Assembly (NCBI GenBank): GCA_014729025.1
Contig: WJKP01000045.1
Span: forward strand, 20,015 to 84,014
Direction: 5' to 3'
Origin: Candidatus Buchananbacteria bacterium
GTDB taxonomy: Bacteria; Patescibacteriota; Patescibacteriia; CAIXNZ01
DNA: 64,000 bases
Position 1 is the first letter of the stretch. Every line of letters starts with the position of its first letter. This document shows positions 10,195 to 17,489 of this stretch, one piece after another. A program made the translations under genes and the position numbers. The notes under the pieces are model-generated. The model was not told where the DNA came from and did no database searches. It saw only the letters and a program-made list of their open reading frames with translations.

Positions 10195-11235
10195 ATGAAA
10201 TCTAAAAATTTTATTAATAATAAAATTTTTCTTATTACTGGTATTATATTGCTAAGCTATATTTTTTTATTTACCTCAAATTTAAAAGCAGCTTCCCCCA
10301 CAAAACAGGCTGAATTAACCCTACAAGTTCCTTTACTTGGTTATACGAAAGCTTCGGGTATAGCAGAATATATAGGTAAAATATATGAAGCATCACTTTA
10401 TATTATAGTACCGATTGTTATTGTTATAATAATATTTGCTGGTATTAAATGGATTTTTGCTGGGGGAGATGTATCTAAAATAAAAGAAGCTAAAAAATAT
10501 ATTACCAGTGCTTTTATTGGTTTAACTATAGCCCTTTTAAGTTATGTTATTTTATCATTTATTGGTATAACTGAATTAGGGACACCTGAAATTAAGCATA
10601 TTGAAGAAATAGAATCACCTGATATTTTTAGCGCTCCACCAACTGGGTTTAATGTTAGCGCACCAGGTGTTATTCCTGGCGATATTTATTGTCCTAAATC
10701 AGGAGGTGCTGCATCCATGGAAAAAATAGCCAAATCAGCAGTTGGTAGGGTTACTTATAGAATGGGAGGGAAAATCTGGAACGGACCGCCTTATACTGCT
10801 GATAGTAAGGATTGCGGAGTCGCTCCTTGTAAATCTTTTTGTCCAACAGGAACTGTTTGCCTTGACTGTTCTGGCTTTGTGAGTTTTGTATATAAATGTG
10901 GTGGTTTAAAAGGCCCCCCTTCATATACTGGCTCGATGTTTGGTTGTAATTGCAGTAAAAGTGAAAAAATTAATAATGTTGGACCCAACTCAATAAACGG
11001 TAAAACATTAGTCCCTGGTGATTTTGTTGGTTATCCTTCTGGCTGTAAACACGGAGTCGGCCATGTTTACATTTATGTTGGCGGTGGAACCATATTTGAA
11101 AGCCATGGCGGTGGCGGAACTTCAAACCCCAATAGTGGCAGACATCCTGGTAAAGCTATTTTAGGCACACCTTTTAATTCTCACCGCTGGGTAGGCGCTG
11201 GCAAACCTAAATGCGTGGTTAGAATTAATCCTTAA
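10195..11235 (+). CDS. VirB2/TrbC-like pilin module fused to a C-terminal NlpC/P60 cysteine peptidase
   Basis: Signal peptide; module LQVPLL..YIGKIY..LYIIVP..GIKW..AGG..EAKK.I..AFIGL.IALLSY; NlpC/P60 motifs TYRMGG, LDCSGFV, PGD, GHV.IY. Confidence 0.8.
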   Translation: MKSKNFINNKIFLITGIILLSYIFLFTSNLKAASPTKQAELTLQVPLLGYTKASGIAEYIGKIYEASLYIIVPIVIVIIIFAGIKWIFAGGDVSKIKEAKKYITSAFIGLTIALLSYVILSFIGITELGTPEIKHIEEIESPDIFSAPPTGFNVSAPGVIPGDIYCPKSGGAASMEKIAKSAVGRVTYRMGGKIWNGPPYTADSKDCGVAPCKSFCPTGTVCLDCSGFVSFVYKCGGLKGPPSYTGSMFGCNCSKSEKINNVGPNSINGKTLVPGDFVGYPSGCKHGVGHVYIYVGGGTIFESHGGGGTSNPNSGRHPGKAILGTPFNSHRWVGAGKPKCVVRINP

Positions 11236-11241
11236 ATTAAT

Positions 11242-12195
11242 ATGAAATTTAAAAAAATAAAATTAACAATATTTTTTTCTGTTATTTTTTTATCCGTTAA
11301 ACCATTAGTTGGGTTAGCCACAACAGCAGAAACAGCTAAGTTAAAATTGCAAGTACCTTTATTAGATTACACGGAAGCAAGCAACATAGCCGAATACATC
11401 GGTAATATTTATACCGCAGTTTTATATATTATTGTTCCAATTATAATTGTTGTAATAATTTTTTCTGGTATTTTATGGGTTATAGCAGGTGGCAATCAAG
11501 AATTAATCAATAAAGCTAAAAGTCGAATTTTACATGGATTTATTGGTTTAGGTATTGCTTTATTTAGTTATGTTTTACTTTCTTTTGTTGGAATAAAAGA
11601 AATAACAACACCGGGTATCGCTAAAATTGATCCGGTAAAAGGACAATACATAATTATCGATGGAGAAGTTTTATCTGTTGATGAAGCTATGTCAAAACTT
11701 CCACCAGAAAGAAGGGGGAAAATGAGTGCTTTTGATGCTGCCAGCTGTCCCAAAGGACAAACAACATTTGAGGTCTTCTTCACAAATTATTATTTTCCAC
11801 AATATGGAGAATCTTATGGCAATAACGACTTTTTTTGTAATGTTGGCATGCAGTGCAGCTGCCCCAAAGGCAAAGATACAAGTAGACAATGTAATTATGG
11901 GAAACGATATAATCCCTGTGCTTATTTCCCGAAGGGAACGCCTTATTGTAATGCAACCGCCTCTGGCAGACCTCCCAAGGCGAATTATACGGTAGCTGCT
12001 GATGATTCCTGTTTTAAATATGGTTGCAAATTTACTATTCAAGGAAGCGCTTCTAATACATACGAAATTATGGATACTGGTAGTTGGATAAAAAACAGAC
12101 ACATGGATTTATTTGTTGGTACTAGAAGTAATATTAATAAAATCCATGGCGTATATACTATTAATTTATTAAACCCTTCAGCCTGCTTTAAATAA
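11242..12195 (+). CDS. VirB2/TrbC-like pilin module fused to a C-terminal 3D (Asp-Asp-Asp) domain
   Basis: Same pilin-like module; 3D motifs TNYY, TASG, VAAD, DTG, HMDLF. Confidence 0.8.
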   Translation: MKFKKIKLTIFFSVIFLSVKPLVGLATTAETAKLKLQVPLLDYTEASNIAEYIGNIYTAVLYIIVPIIIVVIIFSGILWVIAGGNQELINKAKSRILHGFIGLGIALFSYVLLSFVGIKEITTPGIAKIDPVKGQYIIIDGEVLSVDEAMSKLPPERRGKMSAFDAASCPKGQTTFEVFFTNYYFPQYGESYGNNDFFCNVGMQCSCPKGKDTSRQCNYGKRYNPCAYFPKGTPYCNATASGRPPKANYTVAADDSCFKYGCKFTIQGSASNTYEIMDTGSWIKNRHMDLFVGTRSNINKIHGVYTINLLNPSACFK

Positions 12196-12211
12196 AATTT
12201 TACGACACATC

Positions 12212-13357
12212 ATGAAAAACCATAAAAAAACAAAATATTTATTAATTATTTTTATTGTAATTTTTTTATTTTGTTTAGCTACAAACACTGTAAATGCTCA
12301 ACAGACTTGTGAACAAAAATATCCGGGTGGGGATGGCGTCTGTCGTGATACTTGTAAAGATTGGGAATCTGAAGATAGTGCTTCTGGACTTTGTTCTGAT
12401 GCAAATGAAACATGCTGTCACGAATTTGCTGAAACAGCCAGCTTACAACTACAAATACCGATTTTGCAATACACTGAATCTTCAAATGTTTATGAATATG
12501 CCGGTAATATTTATACTGCTGCTTTATATATTATAGTACCAATCGCAATTGTAGTTATTATTATATCCGGTATAATTTGGGCGTCTTCAGGCGGTAATGC
12601 CGAACAAATGCAATCCGCTAAAAATATGATTTTAAGGGCTTTTATTGCTCTTGGTATTGCACTTTTAAGTTATACGATTTTATCCGTTGTAGGTATTACC
12701 TCTATCGGCGGCGGGGCAGGGGTAACCTATCTAGAACCAACATCTGAAGAATACGGAATTTTAGAATTTGAAAACTCAGTTGGCATGTCAACAGGAGTCA
12801 CCGGTGCTAATTATCCCAGTATTGGGGGCAAATGTTTTCCAGTTGCCGCTAATAGTTTTAAAAAAATTAGCTGGAATTGGGGAAATAGAAGAAGTGATGG
12901 AAAAAGATGTCATGCCGGAATCGATATTTATACCAAAAGTCCTGGCCATGTTATTGCTATTGCTGAAGGGGTTATAACTGGAATCTCTAAAAATTTTTAT
13001 ACTTGCAAATCCGGCTGGACAGGCCCTGGCAAAGTAGGTAAAATTATGATTAACCACGGCATCCATACAATAAATTATGCTGAAATAGATGTTGATAAAT
13101 TTGCTGGTGGTATACGAATCGGTAAAACTGTAAAAGCCGGAGAATTTCTGGGTGTTGCCGGACATTGCGGTATGTTGCATTTTGAATTATATAAAGGTAA
13201 AACAAGCAACAGCACCCCCTGGTACCCACCTTCAGGTAAAAGGGTAGGAGGAGCAGCAAATTATTGCCGCGCCCATTATCTTTCTTCTAAGCCAGCGAAT
13301 CTACTTGATCCCTCAAAAACAATACAAGCTTTACAAAGTAATATGTGTGGTAAATAA
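12212..13357 (+). CDS. Six-Cys mini-domain + VirB2/TrbC-like pilin module + C-terminal M23 peptidase domain
   Basis: Same pilin-like module; M23 motifs HAGID, VIAIAEG, V.AGE.LG, MLHFE, LDP. Confidence 0.8.
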   Translation: MKNHKKTKYLLIIFIVIFLFCLATNTVNAQQTCEQKYPGGDGVCRDTCKDWESEDSASGLCSDANETCCHEFAETASLQLQIPILQYTESSNVYEYAGNIYTAALYIIVPIAIVVIIISGIIWASSGGNAEQMQSAKNMILRAFIALGIALLSYTILSVVGITSIGGGAGVTYLEPTSEEYGILEFENSVGMSTGVTGANYPSIGGKCFPVAANSFKKISWNWGNRRSDGKRCHAGIDIYTKSPGHVIAIAEGVITGISKNFYTCKSGWTGPGKVGKIMINHGIHTINYAEIDVDKFAGGIRIGKTVKAGEFLGVAGHCGMLHFELYKGKTSNSTPWYPPSGKRVGGAANYCRAHYLSSKPANLLDPSKTIQALQSNMCGK

Positions 13358-13363
13358 ATTATT

Positions 13364-13744
13364 ATGAACCATTATTCTAATATTGAACAAATCTTTAATC
13401 AAGCCAGTAAATGTTTAAAAGTTACAGGGTTTGCTTTTAAAGTAATGAATAGAAAAGCACCAATTAATACATCTAAAAATTTTTCTGTTGGTTATATTAA
13501 TTTAAAAACAAAAATAATTGCTTTGGATATTTATACCCCCAAAAGAAGACAACCTAAAAGCATTAATTCAATTTTACGTATAATTGCCCACGAAATAGCA
13601 CATTATCAAAAAAAGCCTTATAAACAATATTTTAAAGGACGCTGGATAACCAGAAGCCACTATCCAGGCTTTTATAAACAAGTAAATAAGAATATTAAAA
13701 AATTACAAAAAGATAAGGAATTAGGTGAATATTTTAAAAAATAA
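13364..13744 (+). CDS. Small basic zincin-like (HExxH) protein
   Basis: IAHEIAH followed by H..GF, as in SprT/WLM-like minigluzincins. Confidence 0.6.
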   Translation: MNHYSNIEQIFNQASKCLKVTGFAFKVMNRKAPINTSKNFSVGYINLKTKIIALDIYTPKRRQPKSINSILRIIAHEIAHYQKKPYKQYFKGRWITRSHYPGFYKQVNKNIKKLQKDKELGEYFKK

Positions 13745-13764
13745 AAATAAAATATAATTAAAAT

Positions 13765-13800
13765 AAAAAAGAAGGTATTTGAAAAAACCTCTTTTTTTTT
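13765..13800 (+). terminator. Probable terminator closing the M23-pilin cluster
   Basis: AAAAAAGAAGGT...ACCTCTTTTTTTTT, an imperfect stem plus U-run. Confidence 0.5.
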
Positions 13801-13843
13801 ATTAATAAATTAAAAGGAGAGTGGTTATCTTACGAACAGCATT

Positions 13844-13871
13844 GCGACGCACAATATATCTTATACGACAC
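13844..13871. other. Candidate dif-like Xer recombination site
   Basis: 11-6-11 layout GCGACGCACAA-TATATC-TTATACGACAC in an intergenic region where gene orientation converges. Confidence 0.5.
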
Positions 13872-14061
13872 AACAAGCGTATATTTACACAAGTGCCTTT
13901 CTTATTAATTTCTAAAAAATAAAAATTTATACATTTTGTAAAATTTTCAAACTTTATTTAAATTTAATAATAATTTCAATTAATTCAAACGGATAAAATC
14001 TATTATATTATATTTAATTAATACTTCCAGATTCAAATATTTAACTCAAATAACCCAAGTA

Positions 14062-14120
14062 TTGACAAATCGTCAAATATATGATATATTATAAAATTGC
14101 ATTTAATCTTAAAAGGAGGT
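14062..14120 (+). promoter_or_regulatory. Sigma70 promoter and strong SD for the zinc-ribbon micro-ORF
   Basis: TTGACA (14062-14067), 17 bp, TGn-TATATT (14085-14090); AAGGAGGT ending at 14120. Confidence 0.7.
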
Positions 14121-14127
14121 AACGGTA

Positions 14128-14274
14128 ATGCCAATACTGAATTGCCCACAATGCGGCGCTCAAATGAATTATTTTGATAATAATTCTAGAGCTCAATGCC
14201 CAATCTGCAAAACCTGGGATTTTGCTTTCAGGTTGCTAAAATGGACAAAACAGACTACACCGGCAACAATGTAA
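14128..14274 (+). CDS. 48-aa zinc-ribbon microprotein (not in the ORF track)
   Basis: MPILNCPQCGAQMNYFDNNSRAQCPICKTWDFAFRLLKWTKQTTPATM, with CPxCG...CPxC, its own promoter and an SD. Confidence 0.75.
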   Translation: MPILNCPQCGAQMNYFDNNSRAQCPICKTWDFAFRLLKWTKQTTPATM

Positions 14275-14297
14275 AGTTGTATAAGACCGGTGCTTTT

Positions 14298-15209
14298 TTA
14301 TTTAAATTTATAATAAATACTTTCACCTAATCTCAAATCTATATAATCCAAAGCTGATAAATTTTCTTTTTTTATCTTATCTCTAATTAAGACATTTAAA
14401 CGATTTATTTGGCTATCAACTGAATCAGCCAAATTAAAATGGATTTGCCAATTATTAAGCGTAGTAATTGTTATATATTCAGGAAAATTATTAGGTACTG
14501 ACAGCTCTTTTATTACAAAGGAATCACTTTCTTCCAATTTTGTTAATAAATTAAAAATAAAATTTATATCTTGAGGATTAATAATTTTATCACCTAAATT
14601 AATATCCTGATTTGCCAGATTTTTAATTATCAATAAATTATCATTTTGCTTATTATCATTTTCAGGATCAATTTGGGTTAATTGAAAAATTTTAGGCGTA
14701 ACTAATTTATAATATCTTTTTATAATAATTCCCTGCTGATCAACCAGATAAGTCTGCTGATTAGTCAACCATTTAAACGCAACGTCTTTTTCTTGAATAT
14801 TTATCCTTATAGTATTTGGCAAGATTTTCTCAATAACTATATTATCCAAAATTACAACTTTATTTATATTTGATGCCAAGGCTGACTTACTAAATAAAAA
14901 AATATTATTATTTTTAAAAAATAATAATTTATTTTTAGCTAAATAATTATTAGTAATATCTAAAACATCCTCAGTAGATATTATTTCATTACCAGTAACC
15001 TCAACGTTAGTAATATTATAAAAATTAGAAAAAATAAAAAAATACAAACAACCGAGAATCCCCAAAATCAATAATAAATTTATTATTCTAAAAAGTTTAA
15101 ATTGAAACACCCCCTTTTTTATTTTTAAAGGATTTTTATAACGCACCTGCCGTTCCACCCTGTATAATTTATTCGCGAATTTATTTTTTCTTTTTTTCTT
15201 AAAAAACAT
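14298..15209 (-). CDS. ftsQ: FtsQ/DivIB-type cell division protein (POTRA domain)
   Basis: Single TM, I.NVEVTGN POTRA start, K.LPNTI.I.I.E, C-terminal YIDLR. Confidence 0.8.
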   Translation of the reverse strand: MFFKKKRKNKFANKLYRVERQVRYKNPLKIKKGVFQFKLFRIINLLLILGILGCLYFFIFSNFYNITNVEVTGNEIISTEDVLDITNNYLAKNKLLFFKNNNIFLFSKSALASNINKVVILDNIVIEKILPNTIRINIQEKDVAFKWLTNQQTYLVDQQGIIIKRYYKLVTPKIFQLTQIDPENDNKQNDNLLIIKNLANQDINLGDKIINPQDINFIFNLLTKLEESDSFVIKELSVPNNFPEYITITTLNNWQIHFNLADSVDSQINRLNVLIRDKIKKENLSALDYIDLRLGESIYYKFK

Positions 15210-15215
15210 TATAAT

Positions 15216-15950
15216 TTATATTTTCTTATAATAATTTGAAGCAAATCTTGATATTAAATAGCTCCAAACAGCATGAACACCAAACTTATTCAAATTAGCT
15301 TGCCCCTCTTCCCCATTAACATTGAATTTAAATTTTTGACCATTTTCAATTTGCTGCAAGTTATAAGCTCTTATTAATGACTTATCTGATAAACCAAATT
15401 TATAAATTTTATTCTTTGGTAATTCCAACTCAGATAATAATAAGTCTTCATTTAAAATAATGGCACTCCCCCTCACCCAAAAACCAATCAATCCCTTGAC
15501 AGATTCTTGAGATTTTTTGCTAAAATTAGCATCAAAATCACTAAAGATGACGATATTAGGCTGTTTAAACTTAAATAAATATCTAATATCTTTTAGGTTA
15601 TTAATTGTCACCTCCAAAACCAAAATTTCCTTAATGTCATTGCTTTTTATTTTCTTGAATAATAATTTATTAAATCCGTTAAAAAATAATTTAAGCCATT
15701 TAAAAACAGAAGAAAAACCAGCTTGTAAATTTAAAATGGACAAAGGCACGCCAATTTCAGAATTATATCCCTTTAAATTGCCTCTTACTTTATATTTATT
15801 ATCAGCTAAATCCTTAACTATTTCTTCTTTTATATTACTGCGATTAATTTGACCAAAAACTAAAATTATCTCCGGTTTAAATTTTTTAATATAAAATTGG
15901 GCCTGCCAGCTCAATATAAAAACAGCCATTTTCCTGAAAATTTTTTTCAT
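15216..15950 (-). CDS. Truncated, degenerate MurF-like Mur ligase central domain
   Basis: KGYNSEIGVPLSIL and LVLE match MurF, but the P-loop position reads FGQINRSNIKE and there is no C-terminal domain. Confidence 0.6.
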   Translation of the reverse strand: MKKIFRKMAVFILSWQAQFYIKKFKPEIILVFGQINRSNIKEEIVKDLADNKYKVRGNLKGYNSEIGVPLSILNLQAGFSSVFKWLKLFFNGFNKLLFKKIKSNDIKEILVLEVTINNLKDIRYLFKFKQPNIVIFSDFDANFSKKSQESVKGLIGFWVRGSAIILNEDLLLSELELPKNKIYKFGLSDKSLIRAYNLQQIENGQKFKFNVNGEEGQANLNKFGVHAVWSYLISRFASNYYKKI

Positions 15951-15962
15951 GATTAAATTATT

Positions 15963-17264
15963 TTATTTTTTAGTAATTTTCTGCTGATTTGCTAAATACG
16001 GTCTTAAAACTTCTGGTATTGTTATACTACTATCTTTATTTTGATAATTTTCCCAAAGAGCTATTAAAATACGAGGCGAAGCCAAGGCAGTATTATTTAA
16101 AGTATAAGCGTACTTAGTCTCGCCTTTTTGATCCTTATATCTAAGATTTAAGCGGCGAGCTTGCCAATCAGTTAAAAAAGAATCGGAATGAGTTTCCGAA
16201 TAAGCCCGGCGAGAAGGCATCCAAGTTTCAAGATCATACATTTTATATTTACCTGCTCCCATATCACCAGTACAAATTGAAACAACCTGATAAGGTAATT
16301 TAAAATCCTGTAAAATTTCTTCGGCAATTTCACGTAAATTTTCCAAAAATTTTAAACCTTCTTTAATATCAGCCTGACAAATAATTACCTGCTCAACTTT
16401 CCAAAATTCATGCAACCTATAAATACCCCGGGTATCTTTCCCATAACTACCAACTTCACTTCTATAGCAAGGAGAAAAAGCGCAATATTTTAAAGGTAAT
16501 TCTTTTTTATCCAAAATTTCATTGGCATGATAAGCAAGCAAGGCCGGCTCAGAAGTTCCGGCCAAAAATAATGACTCTTTGACTTTTTCACCTGTTTCCA
16601 ATTTACCAGGATTGCCAATCTGATAAACTTCTTCTTTGCCTTCCGGAAAATGCCCTGAACCGATTAAAGCCATTTCTCTGACTAAAGTTGGAGGGATAAA
16701 AGGCGTAAAACCTTTAGCAATTAATTTATTAAAAACATACATTAAAACAGCTAGATGCATTCTGGCACCATCATTTTTCAAATAATAACCACGAAAACCA
16801 GATGCTTTTACTCCTCTATCAATATCCAAAATATTCAAGTCTTTACCTAACTGCAAGTGATCTTTAATCTTAAAATTAAACTCAGGTAATTCACCTTTTT
16901 TATCAATAACTTTATTAACAGATTCATCAGACCCAACCGGTGTATCTTCTGAAATAAGATTGGGTACTTTTAGCATCATTTCGTCAAATTGGGCTTTAAC
17001 TTTATCAAAATCATTTTCTAGAGCCATTAATTTATCTTTTAAGACTTTTCCTTCATTGATTAATTTATTAGTTCTTTTTTGGGGATCTTTGAGTAATTCA
17101 GCATTAGCATTTCTTTTCTGGCGTAAATCATCAATTTTTTGAATTAATTCCCGTCTTTTATCATCTAATTTTAATAATTTTTCATAATCTAATTCAATGC
17201 CTTTATTTTTAGTTACTTGTTTTAATTCTTGTAAATTGTCTCTTATAAAATTTATATCTAACAT
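15963..17264 (-). CDS. serS: Serine--tRNA ligase
   Basis: MLDINFIR, N-terminal coiled coil, GTSE, CYRSEVGSYGKDTRGIYRLHEF, LNNTALA. Confidence 0.97.
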   Translation of the reverse strand: MLDINFIRDNLQELKQVTKNKGIELDYEKLLKLDDKRRELIQKIDDLRQKRNANAELLKDPQKRTNKLINEGKVLKDKLMALENDFDKVKAQFDEMMLKVPNLISEDTPVGSDESVNKVIDKKGELPEFNFKIKDHLQLGKDLNILDIDRGVKASGFRGYYLKNDGARMHLAVLMYVFNKLIAKGFTPFIPPTLVREMALIGSGHFPEGKEEVYQIGNPGKLETGEKVKESLFLAGTSEPALLAYHANEILDKKELPLKYCAFSPCYRSEVGSYGKDTRGIYRLHEFWKVEQVIICQADIKEGLKFLENLREIAEEILQDFKLPYQVVSICTGDMGAGKYKMYDLETWMPSRRAYSETHSDSFLTDWQARRLNLRYKDQKGETKYAYTLNNTALASPRILIALWENYQNKDSSITIPEVLRPYLANQQKITKK

Positions 17265-17398
17265 ATATTTTAATGGTTAATATTGAGTAGTCTATTATAA
17301 ATAAAAATTTTCAGCTAAAATCCGAGCAAATTTTACTGTAAATAACAAAATAATCAAATTGTTTTAAGCTTAACTGCATAACTAAATTCTAGCAAAAA

Positions 17399-17484
17399 TT
17401 GACATTGTAATCAAGATTTTATAAGATTTAAATATCAATAGCACATTAACAATCGCGAAAATAAATCAAAACCCAAAAAGGAGG
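17399..17484 (+). promoter_or_regulatory. Sigma70 promoter and SD of the purF-like gene
   Basis: TTGACA (17399-17404), 17 bp, TAAGAT (17422-17427); AAGGAGG at 17478-17484. Confidence 0.65.
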
Positions 17485-17489
17485 AGAAC

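Noticed and set aside
11956-11970. ACCGCCTCTGGCAGA, resembling the 15-bp palindromic unit
   Set aside because: It encodes the conserved TASG motif of the 3D domain and its arms are imperfect, so it is probably coincidental.
10791-13259. Many short overlapping or antisense ORFs inside the pilin-hydrolase genes, considered as hidden immunity genes
   Set aside because: They have no motifs or initiation signals. The higher GC and Gly/Cys content there reduces stop codons in other frames.
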